Part shown: piece by piece, positions 1 to 9,283 of the stretch
Position numbering within the stretch: the stretch's first letter is position 1
Layout: each line of letters opens with the position of its first letter
Source: Alphaproteobacteria bacterium
Lineage (GTDB): Bacteria; Pseudomonadota; Alphaproteobacteria; Rs-D84
Direction of reading: 5' to 3'
Length of the DNA: 64,000 bases
Assembly: GCA_009777955.1 (NCBI GenBank)
Contig: WRKW01000006.1
Location: forward strand, 1,866-65,865
The notes under the pieces: model-generated
Seen by the model: only the letters and a program-made list of their open reading frames with translations
Databases searched by the model: none
What the model was told of the DNA's origin: nothing
Made by a program: the position numbers and the translations under genes

Positions 1-2
1 AA

Positions 3-545
3 TCCGATCACCCCGCGGCATTATGGGTAATATTCTTCCTTACCATATGCGAATCGATTTTTTTGTTTGTTCCACCCGAAGTATTCATGGCACCGACAAT
101 CGTCGCAAACAAAAGAAAGGCACTTGGCGTTGTAATCGCCACATCGCTGGGTTCGCTAATCGGCGGGGCCATTGCATATATGATAGGATTTTGGCTTTTT
201 GAAACACTGGGTCAATGGATTATCACAACATTTTCCACCTTTGAACAATTCGAAACTGCCAAGGCACTTTTCGCAAAGCATGGCATGTTCATAATATTCC
301 TGGCCGCGTTTACGCCCGTGCCCTATAAATTATTGGCTATTTGCGCGGGATTTTTGGGCTTTAATCCCTTTCTGTTCATCGGGATTTCCGCGATTTTCCG
401 TACTTTGCGATTCGGAATTCTGGGCTTTTTGCTGTGGCGGTTCCAAGAACAGGCAAATGCGATCGTACGAAAATATTTCTGGCCGTTAACCTTGGCGGCG
501 GTTATTGCGGCAGTATTCGGAATAATTCTGATGGGAATGTTGTGA
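3..545 (+). CDS. YqaA/DedA (VTT domain) membrane protein, 5' partial
   Basis: Frame open from window start: ..CESIFLFVPPE.. and FTPVPYK motifs typical of YqaA; hydrophobic helices. Confidence 0.8.
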   Translation, partial: SDHPAALWVIFFLTICESIFLFVPPEVFMAPTIVANKRKALGVVIATSLGSLIGGAIAYMIGFWLFETLGQWIITTFSTFEQFETAKALFAKHGMFIIFLAAFTPVPYKLLAICAGFLGFNPFLFIGISAIFRTLRFGILGFLLWRFQEQANAIVRKYFWPLTLAAVIAAVFGIILMGML

Positions 546-637
546 TTCAGGATTATGACTGTGGATTGCGGATTTGGTTTGCGTAAATCGGCAATTTTTC
601 ACTTCCTTCATCATGATTTTTTTTCTATGATTCAATC

Positions 638-1492
638 ATGGAATCTCTCCTGGATAATATTGCTACACGGTCGGTAAAGCGAAATGTTATAAGTTTCGCA
701 AATGTAGCCGCGCGGTACGAAGGCGGCCCGGAAATCCTGTCCGATGTGTCATTCAACATAAGTTCCCATTCTTTTTATTTCCTTACGGGGGCAAGCGGTG
801 CGGGAAAAACAACCCTGCTGCGATTGATATATCACCTGCACCCGCAATCACGTGGGCAGATAAAGCTTTTTGATAAACCCACCTTTGGAATACCACGGAA
901 TGATGTCGCCGCCCTGCGCCGCAGGATGGCTATAGTATTCCAGGAATATTCCCTTATATCACATCTGTCGGTTTTTGATAACGTTGCCCTGCCCCTGCGG
1001 GTACGCGGTACAAATGAATCGTATACAAAAAAACTGGTCGCGCGAACTCTCCAATGGGTTGGCCTGGCATCGTATGCGAACACCCTGCCCCTTAACTTGT
1101 CCGGTGGACAACAACAACGGGTTGCGGTTGCGCGGGCAATCATCACCCAACCGGAAATATTACTGGCAGACGAACCGACTGGAAATCTTGATGATGCGTC
1201 GGCCGCAAAGCTTATGGAAATGTTTATCCAGATGAACAAAAACTTTGGCACTGCGATCATATTGGCCACACACAGCCAGAAACTTCTTGATACTTATCCG
1301 TTTCCAAGAATATTTGTCGAAGATCACAAAGTGAATTTTTGCGAGGCCGGAACCGTAAAACGATGCGTACCACCAAAAATGCCGCCGCCGCTTAAACCCC
1401 GGGAAGAAGCCAAAAAACAATCATATTTTGCACAATTATCGGCAGAGCTGCAATTACAATTCGACAATATCGCGGGGGGCGGTAATAAATGA
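638..1492 (+). CDS. ftsE: Cell division ABC ATPase FtsE
   Basis: GASGAGKTT Walker [27 protein letters not shown]; upstream of FtsX-like permease. Confidence 0.85.
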   Translation: MESLLDNIATRSVKRNVISFANVAARYEGGPEILSDVSFNISSHSFYFLTGASGAGKTTLLRLIYHLHPQSRGQIKLFDKPTFGIPRNDVAALRRRMAIVFQEYSLISHLSVFDNVALPLRVRGTNESYTKKLVARTLQWVGLASYANTLPLNLSGGQQQRVAVARAIITQPEILLADEPTGNLDDASAAKLMEMFIQMNKNFGTAIILATHSQKLLDTYPFPRIFVEDHKVNFCEAGTVKRCVPPKMPPPLKPREEAKKQSYFAQLSAELQLQFDNIAGGGNK

Positions 1493-2328
1493 AAGCACCT
1501 TTGGTATTTTCTTTTGTAAAAGAACAGCGGACTTTTTTGATGTTGCTGATGTCGTTGCTTACATTCTTGTCCGTGCTGTGCCTGGGGCTTGCGATCGCGC
1601 TTGGCACCGCTGTCACGCGTTGGAACATGCAATGGAACATGATGGCTACCGTCCAGATTATGCCGGGGGGTGACATAGATGGCACACAGAAAGCATTGGA
1701 AGCCATTAAACAAGACATTGCTTCAACAAAAAATATTTCAGAAGCGGATTCCGTGCGGATGCTTCGACCCTGGCTGAAAGACAGCGAAGCATTGAAACAA
1801 TATATCCCAAAAATGATAGAGATCGAATTCAAATCACGCACAGGACTTTCACAGGCTGATTCCGTAATAAAAGAAATAAGCGGCGCGCGCTTTATCCGGC
1901 ATACCGATGGGATGCGCGGCGCGATCGGTGCCGGTTGGAAAGTAATCGTCTTGGCAGTGGTGGTGCTTGCAATGGTGCTGGGGGCGATTATCGCGTGCAT
2001 ATCGCACATCACGCGAAATATCACGCTTATACACAGACGGGAACTTGAAATCCTTCACCAAATTGGCGCACGCGACAATTTCATAGCGGGTCAGCTTATG
2101 AAAGTCATTGCAAAAATATGCGCCGCCGCCGCGGCGATCGGATTCACACTTGCATCACCCGCGTTGTTGGTCGTAACGTCAATCGCACATTCGATGCGTG
2201 TCGGAATGTTCACACAAATGGCGATACCAAGCATCGGATGGATAATTCTGGGTGGGCTTTCAATCGGTATAATCCTGTTGTCAGTATTTACCGCAAAGAA
2301 AACAGTAATTAAAATACTAAACAAGTAA
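1489..2328 (+). CDS. ftsX: FtsX-like cell division permease
   Basis: Four TM segments, HRRELEILHQIGARDNFI motif, overlaps ftsE stop. Confidence 0.75.
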   Translation: MKAPLVFSFVKEQRTFLMLLMSLLTFLSVLCLGLAIALGTAVTRWNMQWNMMATVQIMPGGDIDGTQKALEAIKQDIASTKNISEADSVRMLRPWLKDSEALKQYIPKMIEIEFKSRTGLSQADSVIKEISGARFIRHTDGMRGAIGAGWKVIVLAVVVLAMVLGAIIACISHITRNITLIHRRELEILHQIGARDNFIAGQLMKVIAKICAAAAAIGFTLASPALLVVTSIAHSMRVGMFTQMAIPSIGWIILGGLSIGIILLSVFTAKKTVIKILNK

Positions 2329-2338
2329 GATATTCAAT

Positions 2339-2911
2339 ATGAGACCATATTTGTTTGTTCCACTTTTACTTGTCGCGGGCGGAGTGTTTTTCAAAGTTTC
2401 CAGCCCGCGCACATGCCCGCCACTTTCGCGGACAGAGAATATATTCGTACTTACCGGCGATATACGGCGTATTCCGGCCGGAATCAGATTGCTTGAAAAT
2501 TACCCAATGCGCAGAATGTATATTATCGGCATCGGTGGCCACAGCGTACCCGGTGCCACAGCCGGCAATCTTTCTACTATAGACAGCAATGGTATTTCAC
2601 AGATGATTCCGCCGAAAGAACGCGGCAAAGTTCATATTGAAACCGAATCGCGTTCTACCTATGAAAACGCATTGGCGATACGATCCATTGCGCGCGCACA
2701 GAATATAAAAAGGTTCGCGCTGGTCACGACCGCCGACCACATGAATCGTTCATTGTTGTTGGTAAAACGCCGAATGCCGGATGCAGAAATTATTGCCTGC
2801 CCCGTTCCACTGCACGGCATGCCAGCCAACCGCAGACTGGAACGCTGGGGAACCGAATATATGAAATTCCTGGGGACTCTGATCGGAATTGAAAGCAAGA
2901 AAATGGAATAA
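2339..2911 (+). CDS. YdcF/DUF218 family protein
   Basis: VLTG, ETESRSTYENA, LVTTADHMNRS motifs; usual ftsEX-ydcF-plsC order. Confidence 0.8.
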   Translation: MRPYLFVPLLLVAGGVFFKVSSPRTCPPLSRTENIFVLTGDIRRIPAGIRLLENYPMRRMYIIGIGGHSVPGATAGNLSTIDSNGISQMIPPKERGKVHIETESRSTYENALAIRSIARAQNIKRFALVTTADHMNRSLLLVKRRMPDAEIIACPVPLHGMPANRRLERWGTEYMKFLGTLIGIESKKME

Positions 2912-2924
2912 GACGGGGTTTTCA

Positions 2925-3590
2925 ATGTTAAAAAAAATATTATTTACAATGGCTTTGTCCACCTGGTGGGTTTTGTTTGCACCGCTGCATCTGCTTGCAC
3001 TGCCTTCCAAATGGTTGTCGCACAAAACAATGGTTGCCGATGCACGCGGAGTGCTTTTCCTTTTACGGATTGTCGCAGGAATAAAATACAAAATTCATAA
3101 TTTGCCGACCAATATGCGCGGCCATATCGTCGCGTCAAAGCACATGTCTATTTTGGAAGTCGCTATCCTGATGGCCTGTGTTCCGGATGCTTTCTTTATA
3201 ATAAAGCGGGAACTGATGTGGATTCCGATTTATGGATGGGCTGTTTGGCGCATGGGTATGCTTTCTGTGAACCGTACCGCGGGCGCGACAAACGTGGCAA
3301 ATCTGGCGGCGGCGGTAAAGAAAAGAACCGATGCCGGTATGACCATGATAATATTCCCCGAAGGAACACGAACAAAGCCGGGCACACCAGTAAAAATAAA
3401 ACGCGGATTGTTATTTATTGCGGAAAGCCTTAAACTGCCGATACAGCCAGTTGGTGCGGACACGGGGTTATATTGGCCAAAAAAAGGTTCTATGAAATCC
3501 GGCACAGCAAATATATGGTTCGAACCACCATTACCGTATAACGCATCACTTGAAGAAATCGCAACCGCCATCGCACGTCACAGTGCGTAA
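2925..3590 (+). CDS. plsC: 1-acyl-sn-glycerol-3-phosphate acyltransferase
   Basis: KHMSILE (HxxxxD/E) and IIFPEGTRT motifs; start at ATG 2925 chosen over ORF-track TTG. Confidence 0.85.
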   Translation: MLKKILFTMALSTWWVLFAPLHLLALPSKWLSHKTMVADARGVLFLLRIVAGIKYKIHNLPTNMRGHIVASKHMSILEVAILMACVPDAFFIIKRELMWIPIYGWAVWRMGMLSVNRTAGATNVANLAAAVKKRTDAGMTMIIFPEGTRTKPGTPVKIKRGLLFIAESLKLPIQPVGADTGLYWPKKGSMKSGTANIWFEPPLPYNASLEEIATAIARHSA

Positions 3591-3594
3591 ATAA

Positions 3595-4017
3595 TCAATC
3601 GCACCAGCCGGATCGTTTCCCGCCACCGTATCTTACAGAATGTTTTTCGCGTACCATGATTTCGCCGACATCGCGTCCATTTCCATCCGCAACAAATGCG
3701 TTGATTCTGCCAAGATATTTGTCGTCTTTTATTTCTGATAAAGTCACGTGTGTGCCGACCGGAATCAATTCTGCCAACCTGTCTTTTGCCTTTACGGCGG
3801 CCTTGGTTTCCGATTCGCATTCCCCCGAAAGTTCTGGGGCATCGATATTCATAAACCGGACACGGACGGGAATTTCTATTCTGTCGTCCAGAATTACCGT
3901 CGCACCGAAAGTATCACCGTCAATAATGTAATCAACAACGGCTTTTGCCGTCAGTGTCGGCTTTGCTGCCATCAAAGACAAAGGAAAAATAAACGCAACG
4001 AACAAAAATTTCTTCAT
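3595..4017 (-). CDS. Secreted thermonuclease (SNase-like)
   Basis: Signal peptide, IIDGDTF, VRFMNIDAPE, DKYLGR motifs; ATG overlaps tolB stop. Confidence 0.85.
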   Translation of the reverse strand: MKKFLFVAFIFPLSLMAAKPTLTAKAVVDYIIDGDTFGATVILDDRIEIPVRVRFMNIDAPELSGECESETKAAVKAKDRLAELIPVGTHVTLSEIKDDKYLGRINAFVADGNGRDVGEIMVREKHSVRYGGGKRSGWCD

Positions 4018-5348
4018 GGCAGTTTTGGCGACCATGTGGGTTCCGTACCCCATACGCCCGCGGGCAACTTTATTTCGTAATCGTTCTGGCCGGTTATATC
4101 AACTGTACGTATACGGCTTGCGCGGCCTGCTTCGTCACCCGGAATCCTTTCGGTTTCATAATATACCAACCTGCGGCTGCCGGGTGCCCATGATGGTGCC
4201 TCCATAAACCATCCGCTGGCCAATATCTTTTCATTCTTGCCCCTGGGATTCATTATCCCTATATAAAAAGTATCTTCGGACATTTTTGTAAACGCAATAT
4301 AATTTCCATCCTGTGAATAAGCGGGTGTCGCATACCGTCCGGCACCATAGCTAAGCCTGGATACAGCCAAAGTGCCCAGGTCAATGACATGCAACTGTTG
4401 CGACCCGGATCGGTTGGAATTAAATGCCATCTTAGTACCGTCCGGAAAATACGACGGGGAAGTGTTGATGGTATCGCCAAAGGTCAACTGACGCAAAGTT
4501 CTTGCCCCCATATCATATTCGTATATATTTGTCGCCCCACCGTCAACCATGGAAAGTGCAACCTTATTGCCATCCGGCGACCAACGCGGCGCAAAAGTCA
4601 TCCCACCGAATCGACCCAAACGACGTTGTTCGCCGGTGTTCATATCCAGACTCCATATTGTCGGATCGTCGCCCCTGTATGACAAGAATAGTACGGTTTG
4701 CATATTCGGCGAAAAATGCGGGGACATTACAAATGTCTGGCCATCTGAAATATATCGGAATCCATGGCCATCGCTATCCATAATAGCCAGTCGCTTTATG
4801 CGGTTGGTAATCGGGCCACTTTCGGCAATAAATATTATTTGGGTATCGAAATATCCGATTTCCCCCGTCAGACGTTCGTATATAGCATCAGACATAATAT
4901 GCGCCAGCCTGCGGGATGATTTTTTTGACGCGACCAGAACCTGGGCCTCTATCTGTTCTTTTCCATTCACATCCCACACATAGAATTGTAATCTGTAATT
5001 ATCGCCGGTTGCGGACAGCTTTGCCTGGACCAGAACCTGGGCACGTACGGCAGACCAATCGCCGAATTTCGGCATATCGTCCATCTTCACAAATTCGGGA
5101 TGGGCGGCCTGTCGTATTATGCGAAACAATCCAGAAGAGCTTAAATTATTTTCAACAACATCGCGCAGTTCTTTTGCAATCTTGTCCAGATTTTTTGGCG
5201 CTTCGAATTTCTGGATAGCGATTGGAATCGGTTCTGCATTACCGGCAATAATATCCACCTTTAATTCCGCGTATGCAGAATTGGAAATCGGCATGATGCA
5301 AAATACAAGATAGAAGATACAAAGTTTTAACGACAATTTTTTAAGCAT
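4014..5348 (-). CDS. tolB: Tol-Pal beta-propeller protein TolB
   Basis: TolB N-domain (PIAI..; RRLAHIMSDAIYERLTGEIGYFDTQI) plus PD40 repeats (PRWSPDG, SPSYFPDG). Confidence 0.92.
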   Translation of the reverse strand: MLKKLSLKLCIFYLVFCIMPISNSAYAELKVDIIAGNAEPIPIAIQKFEAPKNLDKIAKELRDVVENNLSSSGLFRIIRQAAHPEFVKMDDMPKFGDWSAVRAQVLVQAKLSATGDNYRLQFYVWDVNGKEQIEAQVLVASKKSSRRLAHIMSDAIYERLTGEIGYFDTQIIFIAESGPITNRIKRLAIMDSDGHGFRYISDGQTFVMSPHFSPNMQTVLFLSYRGDDPTIWSLDMNTGEQRRLGRFGGMTFAPRWSPDGNKVALSMVDGGATNIYEYDMGARTLRQLTFGDTINTSPSYFPDGTKMAFNSNRSGSQQLHVIDLGTLAVSRLSYGAGRYATPAYSQDGNYIAFTKMSEDTFYIGIMNPRGKNEKILASGWFMEAPSWAPGSRRLVYYETERIPGDEAGRASRIRTVDITGQNDYEIKLPAGVWGTEPTWSPKLP

Positions 5349-5475
5349 GAAAATTCCTTTTATATGTACGTGATTCTAGACACTTGGCAACAAAAAAGCA
5401 AGCGAACCAGACAGCAACACAATTGCCATTACAAGCGTCAATGCAACAGCCACCACAAGATTCAACACAAATGTA

Positions 5476-5503
5476 TTGACAAGCGTAAATACAATGTTAT
5501 AGT
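5476..5503 (+). promoter_or_regulatory. Putative sigma70 promoter with overlapping palindromic operator
   Basis: TTGACA-16nt-TATAGT; TGTATT..AATACA inverted repeat overlaps the -35. Confidence 0.4.
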
Positions 5504-5585
5504 CGATTGTGAATACTGTGGTGTATACGGATGTCTATTAAATGCGGGGTTGTGCGTGCCAAATGTAATGCAGCAATTGTTTGTT

Positions 5586-5789
5586 ATGAATATAGAATCA
5601 CTGCTGAAAGAATATGCAGTATTCCGCGCATTCAATAAATCCGACTGTGTAATTAACATGCGCATTCCAAAGCCGATTCTGGATAAAATAAAAACACTTG
5701 CAGAACAACAGCATGTTCCGTATCAATCGTTGATTTCATCGGTTTTGTTTTCACTTGCTAATATCGAAGATCCAAAAAATCCCAATTAA
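5586..5789 (+). CDS. CopG/BrnA-like ribbon-helix-helix antitoxin-type protein
   Basis: INMRIPKPILDKIKTLAEQQHVPYQSLISSVL resembles CopG-family antitoxin C-terminus; start uncertain (ORF track 5364). Confidence 0.6.
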   Translation: MNIESLLKEYAVFRAFNKSDCVINMRIPKPILDKIKTLAEQQHVPYQSLISSVLFSLANIEDPKNPN

Positions 5790-5799
5790 AGGATAAAAA

Positions 5800-6096
5800 A
5801 TGGAACAGATAATTCTGGCTGTTGATTCCGGCAATGACTTATTCGCACAAAATACCTTTTATATGCCCCGCAATACAATATGTTATGAATGCCGCGATCG
5901 AATAAAGCCCAAGATTTGTCTTTCATATAAACTGCCGGCGGAAAAATATATATGCTGTATGGTTTTTAATAATGGAAAAGAATTAAAACATCTTTTGCGC
6001 ATTATGGATTTTACCATGGACAATTTTGAAAAAAATAATCTGTTTGCCAGACTGTCTTTAAAATATGCGCGATCACGCGGGTATAATGATAATTAA
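5800..6096 (+). CDS. Hypothetical protein
   Basis: 98-aa ORF with AAGGA RBS; no recognised motif. Confidence 0.5.
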   Translation: MEQIILAVDSGNDLFAQNTFYMPRNTICYECRDRIKPKICLSYKLPAEKYICCMVFNNGKELKHLLRIMDFTMDNFEKNNLFARLSLKYARSRGYNDN

Positions 6097-6130
6097 TTGC
6101 CAATTTGGATGTATCGTTGCGAATCGCACC

Positions 6131-6218
6131 GTCATGCCTTTCATTTTTTTGAATGAATAATGAACAATGAATAATGAATAATTAATGCGTCGCGCAAAGC
6201 GCGACACCATCATCATGC
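6131..6218 (+). repeat. AATGAAT-heptamer/hairpin interspersed element, copy A
   Basis: tttttgaatgaataatgaacaatgaataatgaataattaatgcgtcgcgcaaagcgcgacaccatc; near-identical copy at 52625-52706. Confidence 0.75.
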
Positions 6219-6271
6219 CTGTGCCGGAATGACAATGCTATGGGAACAATTGTATTCCAATTATAACATTT

Positions 6272-6458
6272 CGTGTCATTGCGAGTCACGCCGTCAGGCG
6301 GACGAAGCAATCTTTTATAACGCTTCGTGTCATTGCGAGTGGTCGAAGACCGCGAAGCAATCTTTTCCAACAGGGGAAGTATAATAATTCCATTGCCTGA
6401 AAAGATTGCTTCGTCCGCCTGACGGCGTGACTCGCAATGACATTAAACCGCAATGACA
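6272..6458. repeat. REP-like palindromic array 1 (GTCATTGCGAG..CGAAGCAATC units)
   Basis: Two direct units and one inverted unit flanking a ~30-bp core, directly 3' of the Cys-rich gene. Confidence 0.9.
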
Positions 6459-6575
6459 TTAAAGGCCGAGATCCGCAAACAGCGCCGACCGGAAGTTGGA
6501 AACGGTCTGGGCGGCGTACGCGCAATCGTACGCGCAGCGATACGCGCAAGAGATCGCGCCGAGGTCGCCCCGGAA
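6459..6575 (-). other. DGR-like variable region VR1
   Basis: Differs from the other three copies at codon positions 1-2 of NNC/NNT codons with an invariant TGC GCG scaffold. Confidence 0.75.
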
Positions 6576-6956
6576 AACCCAAGCCGACGAAGCGACACTA
6601 AACCCAGGAATGCTTGTCAGCTTACACCAACAGTTGCTTCCGCTGTCGGCAACAGGGTTACCGATATTGGCATAGCCTCCGCTTGTGCTTGAACACAAAC
6701 TTGTTCCACTGAATTCTGATACATTACTTCCAGTACAGCTTCCTACTTTCCAATCGCCAAGGGATAGGTTGGTGCAATCTTGATCCCAACTTAAACCACC
6801 AGTGCCACTAGCAGGACATTGATTGACACTACTACAACTCGTCGGACTTATGGGTCTTGCCATACACGCAACAGCGGCAATAGACCCATGCAATGGGATT
6901 ATCGTTAATACAGCAAGGATGCTTGTTATCTTTATAGTTTTGTTAAATGTATTCAT
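6459..6956 (-). CDS. Secreted Cys-rich protein, putative DGR target copy 1
   Basis: Signal peptide; CWCK..SSAWVF..CAxxCAxxCA..FRSALF; paralogue of 12480-12971 and 49351-49851. Confidence 0.85.
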   Translation of the reverse strand: MNTFNKTIKITSILAVLTIIPLHGSIAAVACMARPISPTSCSSVNQCPASGTGGLSWDQDCTNLSLGDWKVGSCTGSNVSEFSGTSLCSSTSGGYANIGNPVADSGSNCWCKLTSIPGFSVASSAWVFRGDLGAISCAYRCAYDCAYAAQTVSNFRSALFADLGL

Positions 6957-7028
6957 GATACTCTCTCCTTTGGGTATATTATACCATATACCATGACAAA
7001 GGTCAATTTGTATTTAGTCATGTAAAGT
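6957..7028 (-). promoter_or_regulatory. Conserved sigma70 promoter and RBS of Cys-rich cassette
   Basis: TTGACC-17nt-TATAAT with extended TG, AAGGAG RBS; repeated at 12972-13049 and 49852-49929. Confidence 0.8.
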
Positions 7029-7064
7029 GAACAAAAACACAATTAAAAAACACGTACAAAAATA

Positions 7065-7093
7065 TTGACTTTTTTCCTAATTTAATGTATAAT
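7065..7093 (+). promoter_or_regulatory. Putative sigma70 promoter
   Basis: TTGACT-17nt-TATAAT with extended TG, upstream of 7133 ORF. Confidence 0.6.
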
Positions 7094-7132
7094 CATCAGA
7101 AATGGAGTTTTTATAAAACGGAGGGAAAAATC

Positions 7133-7636
7133 ATGGCAAAAATTATACTGACCGGGTGGCAAAAAGTTTTACTTGCAGTACTGACCTTTCTGGTGGGAAT
7201 ACATAAAACAAACGATGGCAAAGCCAGCTTTGAATCATGCACAAACGCCGGATATGATAGTTATTTTACATTTTCCTATTGGTGCCCGGGCGCAAGTTCG
7301 TGTTCGGGGGGACTGGTTCTTATCGACGGTGTCACCAGCGGATGTTGTGTCAATAATACCGGCATCATCTGTCCCAACGGCCCAATATGCGACGGCAACG
7401 TATTAACCTGTACCACCGCTGGTACTGGCTGTGCATCTTTTAATAGCGGTTGCATAGACAGCACTTGTTATGTATCGGTCAACAGTACCTGTCATAAATG
7501 CCCGACAAGCGTCATTGATGGAATAGAAAGACAGGGCCTGACCTCTACTGTTTTCGCATCAATCGGCGATTGTTATATAAGCTATAGCGGCTCTGACGAT
7601 CCCGGAAACTTTCAAAATATTTGCCAGTGGTCGTAA
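7133..7636 (+). CDS. Cys-rich exported hypothetical protein
   Basis: GGAGG RBS, N-terminal hydrophobic segment, many Cys/Gly/Ser/Thr, CHKCP motif. Confidence 0.7.
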   Translation: MAKIILTGWQKVLLAVLTFLVGIHKTNDGKASFESCTNAGYDSYFTFSYWCPGASSCSGGLVLIDGVTSGCCVNNTGIICPNGPICDGNVLTCTTAGTGCASFNSGCIDSTCYVSVNSTCHKCPTSVIDGIERQGLTSTVFASIGDCYISYSGSDDPGNFQNICQWS

Positions 7637-8616
7637 AACTGTCCCCTATCGTTTCAATCTTGATAGCAAATTATAATTGCGCCGAATTTTTGTGCACGGC
7701 GTTGGATTCAGTTGCCGCACAGACTTTCCGTGATTTTGAATGCATCATTGTCGATGATGCCAGTATTGATAATTCCATTGATATAATAAAGAAATATGTA
7801 AAGCGTGACAAGCGGTTCCATCTGATACAGCACAAAACCAACCGCGGATTGGCGGCTGTGCGCAATACAGGCCTTGACGCGGCACGGGGGGAATATATTG
7901 CTTTTCTGGATTCCGACGATGCTTTTACCGAAAATGCAATTAAATCTTTATACATGAATGCAAAAATGTATAATGCGGACATAACCGGTGGGGCGGCCGT
8001 TACGGTTCCGTCTGATTTTGTTTTTATAAAATCAGAAAATCCGCCGCATTTTACCCAGGTTCCAACAATATTTTTTATCGACAATAATCCGGCAGCGATT
8101 CTGGTAAACCTTTCACGTGTACATCCATCGCACAAGCTTCCATGGGTATGGCGCAGACTTTTCAAACGCAAAACCATAGAAACAACACGGTTTGACGAGG
8201 CTGTAAAACAACAAAACGAAGACCTTTGCTTTATGCTGGATGCATTTTTGAATACGGGCAGATATCTAGAAATAAACGACTCTGTCATGTATCACAGGAT
8301 AAACAAAAACTCCATTACCGGATCGCCGTTTGGTCAAAGCCATTTTCTGCATTTTCCGGCAACATTGCGACATCTTTACGGACTGCGCGGAAAGTACCCA
8401 GAAAATTTGCTATACAAGGGCTATATGCAGTATATGTTTAACACCGTGGTTATAACCGCATTAAAGAAAGGGTACGGCGACATTGCCGCACGAACTATGC
8501 GCAGGGTTTATAGAACGCCGTATTTACCACTGAAATACCTGTCAAAAAAACAAAGGTTGATATTCTGGCTGTTCATGCATTCGTTGATACCATCCAGATA
8601 TGCGCGGAAAAAATAA
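7621..8616 (+). CDS. Glycosyltransferase family 2
   Basis: VSILIANYN, IIVDDASID, RNTGLDAARGEYIAFLDSDD. Confidence 0.9.
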   Translation: MPVVVKLSPIVSILIANYNCAEFLCTALDSVAAQTFRDFECIIVDDASIDNSIDIIKKYVKRDKRFHLIQHKTNRGLAAVRNTGLDAARGEYIAFLDSDDAFTENAIKSLYMNAKMYNADITGGAAVTVPSDFVFIKSENPPHFTQVPTIFFIDNNPAAILVNLSRVHPSHKLPWVWRRLFKRKTIETTRFDEAVKQQNEDLCFMLDAFLNTGRYLEINDSVMYHRINKNSITGSPFGQSHFLHFPATLRHLYGLRGKYPENLLYKGYMQYMFNTVVITALKKGYGDIAARTMRRVYRTPYLPLKYLSKKQRLIFWLFMHSLIPSRYARKK

Positions 8617-8626
8617 AAACGGATTT

Positions 8627-9193
8627 TTACTTTGCCCGTTCGACATATTCAAGGGTTTCTGTATTTACAATAATTCTTTCGCCAATTTCGATAAATACCG
8701 GAACCTGTACACGGACACCATTATCCAATATCGCGGGCTTTCCGCCACCAGCCGCGGTTTGACCCTTTAACGCGGGTTCGGTTTCTTCTATTGTGGCAAC
8801 AACTGTTTTCGGCAAAGATATGGAAACCGGATGGCCTTCGACAAAATTCGCCGAAACCTTCATTTCCGGCACCAGAAATTTAATCGATTCGCCAAGTGCT
8901 TCGCTTGGCATCGCAAATTGTTCATAATCCTTTAAATTCATGAAATGCGAATCCGCGCCATCTGAATATAAGAATTGGCATTCTATATCTTCGACCATAA
9001 GCTTTTCGACCTTGTCTTCGGAACGAAAGCGTTCGCCGCCCTTGCTTCCCGAATCGATATCGCGAAGCTCTGTCTGTACGAACGCCCCGCCCTTGCCCGG
9101 CTTTACCTTCATTATCGAAGTAACGGAATATCTTCTGCCATTATGGGAAATAACCCAACCAACCCGAATATCATTTGCAATATATGAAGCCAT
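8627..9193 (-). CDS. efp: Translation elongation factor P
   Basis: KVKPGKGGAFVQ, KPAILDNGVRVQVPVFI, YVERA. Confidence 0.95.
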   Translation of the reverse strand: MASYIANDIRVGWVISHNGRRYSVTSIMKVKPGKGGAFVQTELRDIDSGSKGGERFRSEDKVEKLMVEDIECQFLYSDGADSHFMNLKDYEQFAMPSEALGESIKFLVPEMKVSANFVEGHPVSISLPKTVVATIEETEPALKGQTAAGGGKPAILDNGVRVQVPVFIEIGERIIVNTETLEYVERAK

Positions 9194-9283
9194 TTTTACA
9201 CCCTTTTGTTTTCCGCCGGATTATAAGCGGAAAATAGCGGATTTCAAGAAAAAATGGTAATCTAATTCAGCCGATGGAAAACT

